The notes under the pieces: model-generated
Seen by the model: the letters and a program-made list of their open reading frames with translations, nothing else
Told to the model about the DNA's origin: nothing
Database searches by the model: none
In this document: positions 48,710 through 58,566 of the stretch, in pieces
Layout of the letters: every line of letters starts with the position of its first letter
Position numbering within the stretch: position 1 is the first letter of the stretch
Assembly (NCBI GenBank): GCA_027623675.1
Contig: JAQBVF010000003.1
Span: 32,001 to 96,000 of the forward strand
Length of the DNA: 64,000 nucleotides
From: Chloroflexota bacterium
GTDB lineage: Bacteria; Chloroflexota; Dehalococcoidia; Lucifugimonadales; UBA3495
Reading direction: 5' to 3'
Made by a program: the position numbers and the translations under genes

Positions 48710-49750
48710 TTAGTTGTCCCGGAACTTGGGAATCACATGCTCTCCGAACAGCCGCAGAGACTTCTCCACCTGCTGCGCCGGTATCTGACCCACGTTGGGG
48801 TTGAGCAGGATGTTTCGGACGCCGATGTCGCGCAGTTCTTCCATCTTGCCGGCCACCGTGGCTGGCGTACCGGCCAGGAAGGCGTGCTCGACCACCTCAC
48901 CGGCTGGGGGAGGCGTGCCGGGAGGGGGCGGCGGCGCTCCACCGGGATTGAACCGCACCCGGGCGTCTAACAAGTGGGCCCGGTATCTCGCCAGGCCCGC
49001 TTCGGCCACGTCCAACCCTTCCTGGTCGCTGTCACAGACGAAAAGGGACCGCTGGGCCCAGGTCTGGTCCAAGGTGCTCTCTATCTGCGCCTCGTTTAGT
49101 CCCGAGTTGTGGAGACCTTCGATGTAGCGGCCGAACCGGTGTTTGAGTGTGTCGATGGTCTGGATGCCGATGAGAACCGGACGCCCGGCTTGGCCCATCG
49201 CGACCATGGATTCCTCGGAGATGCAGGCCCTAACGATGGGTGGGTGGGGTTTCTGGAAGGGCTGGGGCCGAAGACCGGGGAATGACAGGTCCCAGAACCG
49301 GCCTTTGTGGACCACATCAGCTCCGGTCCAGGCTTTGATTAGCAATTCTTCGGCCTCATCCAACATCTCCCTCCCCTTCTCCAGGGTGGTGCCGAAGCCG
49401 ATGTACTCATATTCGTTGTAGGCTGAGCCTCGGCCCGTGCCCATGATGAGCCTGCCGTTGCTCAGGTTATCCAGCAGCGACGTCTGCACCGCCAGGCGCA
49501 CCGGGTGGTGCAAGGCCATCTCGACCACCGCGAACCCAATGAGCACCCGCTTGGTCCTGGCGGCCACGGCGGCGCCGAAGACCACCGGGTCGGCGTAGGC
49601 CACCGCGCCGTCGAAGTGGTGTTCGGTGAGCCAAACGGCGTCGAACCCAACCTCCTCGGCGAGTTCAACCTCCCTTAGGGTCTGGCCGATCACCTGGTGG
49701 TCGGCATTCTGATCGGCGCTGATCGAGAAAACGAAGCTGCCGAAGCGCAT
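48710..49750 (-). CDS. LLM-class flavin-dependent oxidoreductase
   Basis: WLTEHHF, HPVRLA...LLDNLSNGR and P.QKPHPP motifs. Confidence 0.9.
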   Translation of the reverse strand: MRFGSFVFSISADQNADHQVIGQTLREVELAEEVGFDAVWLTEHHFDGAVAYADPVVFGAAVAARTKRVLIGFAVVEMALHHPVRLAVQTSLLDNLSNGRLIMGTGRGSAYNEYEYIGFGTTLEKGREMLDEAEELLIKAWTGADVVHKGRFWDLSFPGLRPQPFQKPHPPIVRACISEESMVAMGQAGRPVLIGIQTIDTLKHRFGRYIEGLHNSGLNEAQIESTLDQTWAQRSLFVCDSDQEGLDVAEAGLARYRAHLLDARVRFNPGGAPPPPPGTPPPAGEVVEHAFLAGTPATVAGKMEELRDIGVRNILLNPNVGQIPAQQVEKSLRLFGEHVIPKFRDN

Positions 49751-49832
49751 AGAAACTCCTGTGGCCTGTCTGTTAGCCCTGCTTGGTCCGGAGGGCGGTC
49801 ATTTACCTGATTGCATCTGGTTTGGCAGCCGA

Positions 49833-51374
49833 TCAGCCTCCGTTTATCCAGTCGGCCATCCGTTCGCCGATCATTATGGTGGTGCAGTTGGTGTTGGCCC
49901 GGATGCAGTCGGGCATGATGGAAGCGTCGGCCACCCTCAGTCCGGTCAGCCCCTTGACCATGCCCTGCTGGTCAACAACCGCCATGGGGTCGGAGTCCGG
50001 CCCCATCTTGCAGGTGCCGGAGATGTGCTGGGTCGTGGTGACGCTGCGTTTGAGCCAGAGGTCCAGAGTCTCATCGGATACGAGGTCTTCGGGCTGGGGC
50101 TCAAGCAACTGCTTCACGATGGGTTTGTAATCGTCGTGTTTCAGGACATCCACGCACTTCCTGACGGCCTCACGCAGTCGAGCGAGGTCACGAGGATCGT
50201 CCTGGAAATAGTTGTAGTTGAGTTCGGGCTGCACGTTGGGGTCGGTGGACGTGATCTCCAGATGACCGGAGCCGTAAGCCAACTCCAAGATGCAGGTGAA
50301 CCTGATGCCCTCGGCCTCAAGCGGGTCGCCGGAGATGGGCGATGAGAACGAAGACGCCATGATCTGTATGTCGTTCCTCAAGTCCGAGCCGGTGGCGGTG
50401 TAGCGGAGGGCCACCTGAGAGCGTGGGTCTTCCGGGTTGAGCGGGAAGTCGTCTTGCACTTGGATGGGAATGCGGACGTTGGGGTGGTCTCGCAGGTTTC
50501 GGCCCACTCCGGGCGCTTCCAGCACCACGGGGATGCCCAGGCGGTCCAGCACTTTGACGGGGCCGACCCCCGACAGCATGAGCAGTTGGGGCGAGCCGAT
50601 GGCGCCGGAGGTCAGGATTATCTCAGAGCCCTCCACCGTGAAACGCTCGCCGTCGCTCTCCACTTCGACCCCGACGGCCCTTTTGCCATCGAAGACCACC
50701 CGGTGGGTCGTAACGTTGGGTTTGATGGTCAGGTTCAGCCGGTGGCGCGCGTCGGCCAGGTAGGTCAGGGCGGTGCTCATGCGGATGCCGTTGGGGTTGT
50801 TCATGGGTATGGGCCCGACACCGGCGGACTCTGGGTGGTTCATGTCCGGGTCGTCGGGATGGCCCTGGGCGCGGAAGCCGGCGTAGAAAGCGTTCTGGGC
50901 GGGAAGCCAAGTGTCACGGGCGTGGCGGCGCACCGGGATCGGACCTTCCGAACCGTGGAAATCGTCATGGATATCGGTGTCGGTCTCCAGTTTCCTCAGG
51001 AAGGGCAGCACGTCGGTGAACCCCCATTGGTCGTTGCCCAAGGCGGCCCAGGCGTCGTAGTCTTCCGGGACGCCCCGGAGCAGCACCTGGCCGTTGATGG
51101 CGCTGGACCCGCCGACCACCCGCCCTCTGGGAACCGGCATGGGCGTGGCCTGCTCCGGCGTGGTGTTGCCCTGGAATGACCAGTTGTGAGGCGCGTCCAC
51201 CGCCGATGCGGTCTGGTTATAGCCGAATTTTAGGTCGTCGGGGTAATGCTCGAAATCGGGATAGTCCGGCCCCGCTTCCAACAGCAGGATGGACTTGTTG
51301 GGGTCCTCGGATAATCTGCTGGCGATGACGCAACCGGCGGAACCGGCGCCGACGATGATGTAGTCGTATCTCAT
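49833..51374 (-). CDS. GMC family oxidoreductase (MftG-like)
   Basis: GAGSAG, GGSSAING, QHISGTCKMG and RANTN motifs. Confidence 0.92.
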   Translation of the reverse strand: MRYDYIIVGAGSAGCVIASRLSEDPNKSILLLEAGPDYPDFEHYPDDLKFGYNQTASAVDAPHNWSFQGNTTPEQATPMPVPRGRVVGGSSAINGQVLLRGVPEDYDAWAALGNDQWGFTDVLPFLRKLETDTDIHDDFHGSEGPIPVRRHARDTWLPAQNAFYAGFRAQGHPDDPDMNHPESAGVGPIPMNNPNGIRMSTALTYLADARHRLNLTIKPNVTTHRVVFDGKRAVGVEVESDGERFTVEGSEIILTSGAIGSPQLLMLSGVGPVKVLDRLGIPVVLEAPGVGRNLRDHPNVRIPIQVQDDFPLNPEDPRSQVALRYTATGSDLRNDIQIMASSFSSPISGDPLEAEGIRFTCILELAYGSGHLEITSTDPNVQPELNYNYFQDDPRDLARLREAVRKCVDVLKHDDYKPIVKQLLEPQPEDLVSDETLDLWLKRSVTTTQHISGTCKMGPDSDPMAVVDQQGMVKGLTGLRVADASIMPDCIRANTNCTTIMIGERMADWINGG

Positions 51375-51550
51375 AAGAAGCGTCCTCTCTTGGCGTTCTG
51401 TTTTACCGCTGGGATACATTTTTGCGGGAGGGCCGTGGGGAGGGAATCGGTAGCGTGGCCGCCCTGCTCAAGCGACGGCATTATCGCATATCGGGCCGGT
51501 GGCGGCATACGGGGTGTGGGGGCAGGCTTCGGGATCGGGATTGAGGGCGC

Positions 51551-53410
51551 CTATTCGCTGAGGTTAAAGACGAACCTCAGATTGGAGATGCTGCTCCGCA
51601 GTAGGAAGAAGCGGGCATTTACCTCGGGAATCATGGCGTTGGCTAGAAATAGGCTATCGTTGGACTGGGTCTCGGCGCTTTCCAACTCCAACGAGAGCCA
51701 TTTCAAGATTGTCCCAAAGTATTCTCCGGCTTCTTGATTTACCGCGGCGGCGGCCTCCGGCGGAGATAACTGGTCCAGGTCAGCGATCAGTTTCTTGGAT
51801 GCCTTGACCAAGGCGGCTCGCGTGCGGACCGCCTCATTGGCGTTCTGGCGTTGGAGAATATTCTGCTTTCGTTGGTCTAAGATCGCGTCCCGGTCGGCCA
51901 GGATCACATCAAGAGCCGCCAGGTAGTTTGCTATCGCGGTCTGTTCCGGGTCGGACCAATCGATCAGCCAGGCTTTGAAGTTTGACTCAAACAGGCCCAA
52001 CTTCTGGCCGGTTACCGCCAACATCGAGGATGCCAGGCTCGAGCCTCGTCCAATCTCCGCAACCACATCCCGGCCGGACAGCGGGCCGTAGGTCTCGTTC
52101 AAGTATCGTATGGCCATGTACGCTTCCGCGTATTGGAGGGTAACCAGGTCCTCGGTGGGGCGCTTGTTCCAGTCCGACTGGCGGTCCAGCTCAGCCAGGG
52201 TGAACAGGCTGCCTGCCCGCGCCGCCGTGCGGGCTACGTCAGCAGACCCGAATTGCCGCAGTCTGGACGCTTGAGGGCGGGGGCCGGCTAAAGCGATATC
52301 AAATTCGTAGTATCGGGAGAGTCCCTCAGCCAGCCACGCCGGCAGCGTCTTAGCTTTGGCCACGCCGTCGAGGACCCGGTGAGCGTATTCGTGGGCCAGC
52401 AGCCGCTGCAACTCGGTCGTCGGCAGGTCAGTGCGGATGTAGATCCCGGGCCGGGTCCCGAACGTTTTGTAGTAGCCGTCTTCAAATCCCAGGTTGATGC
52501 CGTCCGACAGACTCACCTCAGCCAGAAGTTCCCGGTTCTCCATCAGATACAGGTTGGGTAGCTCGCCCGTCTTGGTTTCGGTACGGAGGGCCATCAGCAG
52601 GCTGGTGTCGATCAAGAAATCTTGGAGGTCAGCCACCACCGCCTGAGGCACCAGGGCCGAGTAAAAGACGGTTATTCCGGGGCCGTCGTGGCGGGTCAGC
52701 AGCGCCCCGGCCGACGTCTTTATGGTGTCGCCCAGGTCAAACTCGCTCAGGGAATAGGAGGTGGAGGATACGCTGCCCTGCCGGTCGATCGCCACCGACC
52801 AAGCGCCGACGCCATCCCGGGAACCGTACCGTTTCCAATCAAGTTCACCGGAGGTGTTCGGGTACATCTTGAATGAAGTGGCTTTGACCCCGTTTGCGTC
52901 AACGATGTTGACGTCTTCGGCGGTGATCCAGGGCACGACTACCCCTTGAGGGTCGAGGAACGAGACGATAACCGCTTCCCAAGGAGTTAGGCCCGACAAC
53001 GCGAAAGAAACGTCCCGTCCCGCGAACTGTTTATCGGGTGAGATCGTGAGGGAAACACCGCTTCCCAGATCGACTCTGGCGACGCCCGGAGGGGGCGGAG
53101 TGGGAGTTGGCCTCGGGGTGGCGGTCGGCTGAGGGGTAGGCGTGGCGGTCGGCGGTATGGGCGTCGCGGTGGGAGCGGGGGTCAAGGTCGGGACCGGGAC
53201 GGCAGTCGCCGTGGCCGCCGGCGTGGGGCTTGGCGTTGGCCGTGGCGAAGCGGCCGTAGCCGCGGGGCTGGCGGCGGTTGGACCTGGGGTGGCCGTGGCC
53301 GGAGTGGCCGTTGAATCGGACGCAGGCGTTTTCGGCCCGGCGGACGGGGTGCAGGCGGCCAGGCTGATCAGAAGGGCAATCGCAACTAAGACCGCGGTAG
53401 TCAGCTTCAT
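51551..53410 (-). CDS. Lipoprotein with Pro/Thr-rich linker and peptidase MA-like (HExxH) domain
   Basis: Lipobox LAAC, PT-rich stretch and LAHEYAH...PAWLAEG. Confidence 0.75.
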   Translation of the reverse strand: MKLTTAVLVAIALLISLAACTPSAGPKTPASDSTATPATATPGPTAASPAATAASPRPTPSPTPAATATAVPVPTLTPAPTATPIPPTATPTPQPTATPRPTPTPPPPGVARVDLGSGVSLTISPDKQFAGRDVSFALSGLTPWEAVIVSFLDPQGVVVPWITAEDVNIVDANGVKATSFKMYPNTSGELDWKRYGSRDGVGAWSVAIDRQGSVSSTSYSLSEFDLGDTIKTSAGALLTRHDGPGITVFYSALVPQAVVADLQDFLIDTSLLMALRTETKTGELPNLYLMENRELLAEVSLSDGINLGFEDGYYKTFGTRPGIYIRTDLPTTELQRLLAHEYAHRVLDGVAKAKTLPAWLAEGLSRYYEFDIALAGPRPQASRLRQFGSADVARTAARAGSLFTLAELDRQSDWNKRPTEDLVTLQYAEAYMAIRYLNETYGPLSGRDVVAEIGRGSSLASSMLAVTGQKLGLFESNFKAWLIDWSDPEQTAIANYLAALDVILADRDAILDQRKQNILQRQNANEAVRTRAALVKASKKLIADLDQLSPPEAAAAVNQEAGEYFGTILKWLSLELESAETQSNDSLFLANAMIPEVNARFFLLRSSISNLRFVFNLSE

Positions 53411-53699
53411 GACTTGGCGGCTTTGGCACCTGAAGGGCAGGCCGAGAGGCACGGTTGGGATTTGACCAGCATGAATCCAGTCTTACATAGGGGGAGTTCT
53501 AGGGCAAGCAAGGCGTCGCGTCCCACGCTTGGTCTGGACCGGAGGCCCAGACCAGAGGCTCAGACCGGAGACAGAACATGCCGATCGAGATTTTGCCTGG
53601 GTGAAAGAGTCAAACTCGTGTTAGGATAATCTTGATTTTTGAGGCCCATTCCTGGCCGTCTCATCAAGACCGGTCAGGCCATAACGACTGGAGGGTGCC

Positions 53700-54461
53700 A
53701 TGAACGTCCACGTTTACACGCAACCTGGTTGATTCAGCTGCCGGACTGTAGAAGAATTTCTGAAGTCCAACGGTGTTCAGTATGAGCACCACAACGTACT
53801 GGAAGACCAACAAGCCCTGGAGGACCTGCGCGGCCGGGGCATAAAAGCATTGCCGGTGACCATCATCGATGACTCAGAAGTCATCATCGGTTATTTCCCC
53901 AAGAAGCTGATTCCTGCGCTCAAGCTGGATGTGAAAGTTGATCTTTCGGGAAAGACCGAATGGCTGGCCGACAAATACAACAGGATACTCAGCGCGGCTG
54001 TCCGGACCACTGCCCAGTTCTCGCAGGAGCAGCTGGACGCGGAAGTGCCGTGGCGTCCTTGGACCCTGCGGAAGACCGTCCTCCACATCATGTCCTTTCC
54101 CGAGGTGGCCTACCTGAGCCACAAGGTGGGCAGCATGAGCCAGGAGGACATGCGGGCCTCCGACGCACGCCTGGAGCCGGTCTATACCGCCGGCGACATG
54201 GCTGAATACGGTGAAAAGGTGCGCGGCGACATTGTGGCGTTCCTGAACAGCGGCGACATCGATGCCTTCGACCGGGAGGTTCCCGCCCATTACGGCGGCG
54301 AGGTAACGGTTCTGGAACTGCTGAACATCATTTTGAGCCACAGCACCCATCATCTGAAGCAGGTTTATCACCTGATGCAGACCGATCTCGGCATCACCCC
54401 GAAAGACCCAGCCAGCGATGCCGACTTTGAGGGCATCCAAACCCCGGAATCCCTTTTCTAG
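53700..54461 (+). CDS. Glutaredoxin/NrdH-like domain (UxxC, TGA=Sec at 53730-53732) fused to a DinB-family domain
   Basis: GGAGGG RBS. MNVHVYTQPG-TGA-FSCRTVEEFL...KALPVT is in frame with ORF 53850-54461, which has DinB-like LHI...HSTHHLKQV. Confidence 0.82.
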
Positions 54462-54676
54462 GAACCTAGCGTTTCGTCCTGCTTAGGATTGCCGGTCCTT
54501 CCGCGGAGTGCCTGTTGCGCTGCGGAAGGACTGTATCTTTAGAAGGGTTGTATCTTTAGCTTGACCGGCGCACTGGGATGGACGCATTGCCATCCGTCCC
54601 TTTAGGCCGTCCCTTTAGCCTGTCCTTTTAGCGAGATTGGTGTTGTAGAAAAGATCTTACCTTTAGCGGAGTTGAT

Positions 54677-56224
54677 ATGAAATACGACTATATAGTCCTT
54701 GGCGCGGGCTCGGCCGGTTCGATCGTGGCAACCCGCCTCTCCGAAGACCCGTCCAAGAATATCTTGCTGCTCGAGGCGGGCCCCGACTACCCGGATTTCG
54801 AGCGTCTCCCCGAGGAAGTGAAGTTCGGCTACGCCACCGAGATCGACATCATGGTCAGCGACCACAACTGGCAGTTCGTGGGTAAGGCCACCGAGAAAGC
54901 GCCCGAGATGATGGTCCCCAGAGGCAAGGTAACCGGCGGCTCCAGCGCCATCAACGGCCAGGTCTTCCTCAGGGGAGTGCCCGAGGACTACGACTCCTGG
55001 GCCGAGATGGGCAACACCGAATGGAAGTTCCAGGACTGCCTGCCCTATTTCCGCAAGATCGAAACGGACACCGACTTCAGCGACGACTTCCACGGTAATG
55101 AAGGCCCCATCGTGATGCACCGCTTCCCCCGGGACACCTGGCATCCGGCGACCGAGGCCTTCTATCAGGCGTGCCGAGCCGCCGGCTATCCCGATTCCCC
55201 AGACCACAACAACCCTGATTCCACGGGCGTGGGGCCAACCCCGCTGAACAACCCCAACGGCATCCGCATGAGCACCGCGTTGGGCTACTTGGACCAGATC
55301 CGGCACCGCCTCAACGTGACCATCCGGGCCAATTGCCATGTGCAGCGCATCCTGTTCGAGGGCAAGCGGGCCGTGGGCGTCGAGGTTGAGAGCGGCGGTG
55401 AGAGATTCACAGTTGAGGGCGCCGAGATCATCTTGAGCTGCGGGGCCATCGGTTCGCCCCATACCCTGATGCTGTCCGGCGTCGGTCCGGCCGCACACCT
55501 GCAGGAGTTCGGCATACCCGTGGTACATGATGCCCCCGGCGTCGGTCAGAATATGCGCGACCATCCGCTGGTGTTCGTTACCTGGCGCACCAAACCGGAG
55601 GTGGAACTGGACGGCAACGCACCCCGGATGCAGGCCACCCTGCGCTACACCGCCGGCGGGTCAGACCTCCGGAACGACATGAAGGTCTCCATGCAGTCAT
55701 TCGCCACCGGCCGGATCAACCTGGGCGGCGACCGGATGGTTCCCCTGGGCATCCGCATGTCCAGCGGAATCCAGTTGGCCGCCGGGGCCGGAGAACTTCG
55801 GTTGCAGTCGGCGGACCCTTCGGTGCAGCCGTTCTTGGACTACCGTTATCTGGAGGAGGAGTTCGACCGGGCACGCCTGCGGGAGACGGTCCGGATCTGT
55901 GTGGCCCTGGGCGAGGACCCGGCGTTCAAGGACATCATCCAAGAGCGTATCGAGCCCACGGACGCCGAATTGGAGAGCGACGATGCCCTGGACGAGTTTC
56001 TGTACCGGGAGGTGAGCACTTCTCAGCACATATCCTGCACCTGCAAGATGGGGCCGTCTTCCGACCCCATGGCCGTGGTTGACCAGTATGGCAAGGTCCA
56101 TGGCATGGAGGGACTACGGGTGGTTGACGCCTCCATCATGCCCGACTGCATCCGCGCCAACACCAACGTAACCACCATGATGATTGGCGAGCGAGTGGCC
56201 GACTGGATCAAGCAGGGCAAGTAG
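54677..56224 (+). CDS. GMC family oxidoreductase (MftG-like)
   Basis: GAGSAG, GGSSAING, QHISCTCKMG and RANTN motifs; close paralogue of 49833-51374. Confidence 0.92.
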   Translation: MKYDYIVLGAGSAGSIVATRLSEDPSKNILLLEAGPDYPDFERLPEEVKFGYATEIDIMVSDHNWQFVGKATEKAPEMMVPRGKVTGGSSAINGQVFLRGVPEDYDSWAEMGNTEWKFQDCLPYFRKIETDTDFSDDFHGNEGPIVMHRFPRDTWHPATEAFYQACRAAGYPDSPDHNNPDSTGVGPTPLNNPNGIRMSTALGYLDQIRHRLNVTIRANCHVQRILFEGKRAVGVEVESGGERFTVEGAEIILSCGAIGSPHTLMLSGVGPAAHLQEFGIPVVHDAPGVGQNMRDHPLVFVTWRTKPEVELDGNAPRMQATLRYTAGGSDLRNDMKVSMQSFATGRINLGGDRMVPLGIRMSSGIQLAAGAGELRLQSADPSVQPFLDYRYLEEEFDRARLRETVRICVALGEDPAFKDIIQERIEPTDAELESDDALDEFLYREVSTSQHISCTCKMGPSSDPMAVVDQYGKVHGMEGLRVVDASIMPDCIRANTNVTTMMIGERVADWIKQGK

Positions 56225-56315
56225 ACGGCGGTTTCCCGCGTAACGGCTTGCAAGGTCCCCTCCCAACCGCGTAGCAGAGGGGACACGGTTCTCCCACGAG
56301 ACGGATCGCAACAAA

Positions 56316-56352
56316 CAGAGGGCTGCAGATCATTCTGCAGCCCTCTGCTTTT
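56316..56352 (+). terminator. Intrinsic terminator
   Basis: cagagggctgcag-atcatt-ctgcagccctctg followed by ctttt. Confidence 0.75.
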
Positions 56353-56382
56353 CCGCCGCGTCATTACGCGGGAGCCTCACCC

Positions 56383-56577
56383 TCATTCGTAGTAGTAGTA
56401 TCGGACCCCTGGAGCTGGGATCCGGTAGTTCCAGTGCGTCCCATCCCCGGAGAGTGGTTCCTGCTCGGCAACCTCGAAGATGTCGAGGGATTTATGCTCA
56501 AGGAATGGGTCGAGTTGGTCCAAACCGCCTTCAATCTCTAGGAGTAGGAATTCGTCTGCCCATGAGATAGCTGCCAT
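56383..56577 (-). CDS. Small acidic hypothetical protein (64 aa) ending RYYYYE
   Basis: GGAGG upstream of the ATG. Confidence 0.5.
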   Translation of the reverse strand: MAAISWADEFLLLEIEGGLDQLDPFLEHKSLDIFEVAEQEPLSGDGTHWNYRIPAPGVRYYYYE

Positions 56578-56656
56578 CACAAACCTCCGAGTTTGGATAG
56601 GGGTTGTGGTCTTACGAATCATCTATGGCGGGCGCCGGACATCACCCAATGGTTAA

Positions 56657-57082
56657 TCAGTCAAGGCGCAGCTGGGGCAGCCTGCCGGTATGGCCGAAGC
56701 ATAAAACTCGCCCGTCGTGGGTATGTCCTTGACCCAAGATGGCGGCGACTTTCTTGGAGTCGTTTTCGCTGTAAACATTGGCGACCAGGATGTGCCGGCC
56801 GGCCTTCATGTGTTCTTCGTAATCGTGGGCCGTCGAGGAATCCAACTCCAGCAGGTCCTCCAGGTATTGGAACATCAGATGCAACCGTCCGAACGGCAGG
56901 CCGATGGGATCGGGGTGGAGGGACCTGCGGTGGGCGTAGAACATCTGGATGTTCTGGGGCGGGGAACCGGACGCCAGCAACCGGGCGATGGTCCCCTCCG
57001 ATTCGCTGCAGCCGTCGATCGCCGCCACCAAGAATCGCAGGTCAAACATGGATTCCGGGGTTACCGGTCCTCGAGTTGCCAT
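56657..57082 (-). CDS. Hypothetical protein (141 aa)
   Basis: GGGAGG RBS; A..YE.....G..LV.V pattern reminiscent of general-stress-like small proteins. Confidence 0.6.
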   Translation of the reverse strand: MATRGPVTPESMFDLRFLVAAIDGCSESEGTIARLLASGSPPQNIQMFYAHRRSLHPDPIGLPFGRLHLMFQYLEDLLELDSSTAHDYEEHMKAGRHILVANVYSENDSKKVAAILGQGHTHDGRVLCFGHTGRLPQLRLD

Positions 57083-57491
57083 ACCTGCCTCCCTAGCCGC
57101 TATGGATTCCTGGCAGATGCCTGGCCGGGGTCCATGGGGTGTCGCGGTACTGCGGGAAAGTTCCCGGCTGGAAATGTGCGGCAGTTAGCCCCAGAGATTC
57201 GAGCTTCGTGCGGCGAATATGGGAGATATGACGGAAGAATACCTCTGTGAAGATAAATTGTCAAAATAGTGTTAAATATCACAATAAATCGTTACGATAT
57301 TCACAATCTGTGCCCCCTTTATTGGAATGAGTAACACGACAATAGTACGCTCGCCGAACCCCGAGTTGGCGTGGGACTGCCTTTCCTGGCTGTGCCTGGA
57401 CGGCTGACGGGGCGTGTGCGGCGCGGGCGGCCTGGGGACAACAGCAATCGGAGCGGCAACGGTCATTGCTCCGGCGGCGCGATAGGGTGAT

Positions 57492-57529
57492 AAAAAAGGG
57501 GGCTGCGGAGATAATCCGCAGCCCCCTTT
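57492..57529 (-). terminator. Intrinsic terminator after the cyclase gene
   Basis: aaaaaa-gggggctgcgga-gataa-tccgcagccccc-ttt. Confidence 0.85.
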
Positions 57530-57549
57530 CGATTCGTCCGGTGAGCCGT

Positions 57550-58479
57550 TTAAAAGACGGCCAGGGGGTTGGTGGGGGAGCCGGTGGCGTTCTTGAAACG
57601 CAGCGGGGCCACGATGAACATGAATTCGTAGCGGCCCAGGCGCTCACAGACGGCGGCCAATTCCTCGCAGTTGCCGGCGTCAATCAGCCACAGTCCCATG
57701 CCGACGATGCCCACGCGGTGGATCGGCAGGCCGATGCCCGGGTAGCCGCTGGGGTCGGCGTCCTGAGAGGCGTCTCCGGCCACCAGGGAGATGCCGCGCT
57801 CCTTCAGCCAGGGCAGCGTCTCGGCGTGCAGCCCGGGGCGGCCCGACACGGGGGCGCCCTTCTCCAGCCGGCGCTTGTACCACCCCAGCCGCAGCATCAG
57901 GGCATCACCCTCTTCCAGGCGAACACCCTGCGCCTTCTCGGCGGCTTCCAGGTCCTCGGTGAAGACGCCTTCGCCGGCCTCCAGCCAGTCGACGCCGCGC
58001 ACCTTGGCGATATCGAGCATTACGCCCCGGGTGATGATGCCGTCTTTGGCGGTGTCGATGTTCAACACCTCGGCTTTGGACTCGCTGCCCACCTGCCCTG
58101 GGTCAAAGCCGTTGTAGAGTTTGCCGTTCCAGGTCTGGTGGCACAGGGCGTCCAGGTGAGAGATGGTCAGACCGTGATAGGAGAACCCTAGAAAGTCGGA
58201 CGTGCCGCCGCCGCCCTGGGCGGGTACGGTGTCTCCGGCCCGGATCATGTAGTGGAGGGGAGGAAGGGTCGTCACATCGGAGGCGATCTCGGGGACGATC
58301 AACCGGGAGCACGACACGCTGATGCCCTCTTTGACCAGGGCCGCCGCCTGGGCGCGCTTGGCGTCGGTGATCAGGTTGAGGGTGCCCAGTTGGTCGTCTT
58401 TACCCCAGCGTCCCCAGTTGCTGAGCGAGTCCATCCAGCCGATGACTTGTTCCTCCGAGGGTATCTGTCTCGTGGCCAT
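57550..58479 (-). CDS. Cyclase family (kynurenine formamidase-like) metal-dependent hydrolase
   Basis: NWGRWG.DDQLGTLN, HG...SHLDALCH, RGV.LD and TGSP.NP motifs. Confidence 0.9.
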   Translation of the reverse strand: MATRQIPSEEQVIGWMDSLSNWGRWGKDDQLGTLNLITDAKRAQAAALVKEGISVSCSRLIVPEIASDVTTLPPLHYMIRAGDTVPAQGGGGTSDFLGFSYHGLTISHLDALCHQTWNGKLYNGFDPGQVGSESKAEVLNIDTAKDGIITRGVMLDIAKVRGVDWLEAGEGVFTEDLEAAEKAQGVRLEEGDALMLRLGWYKRRLEKGAPVSGRPGLHAETLPWLKERGISLVAGDASQDADPSGYPGIGLPIHRVGIVGMGLWLIDAGNCEELAAVCERLGRYEFMFIVAPLRFKNATGSPTNPLAVF

Positions 58480-58566
58480 GTTCTCTCCTTGGTTTCTTCG
58501 ATTTTTTGTTCAGCTGATTGGGGTCCTTCGACAAGCTCTGGATGAGCGGATCTGTTTGCTGACGCC

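Noticed and set aside
53090..53340. Low-complexity repetitive DNA
   Set aside because: It encodes the ordinary Pro/Thr/Ala-rich linker of a lipoprotein.
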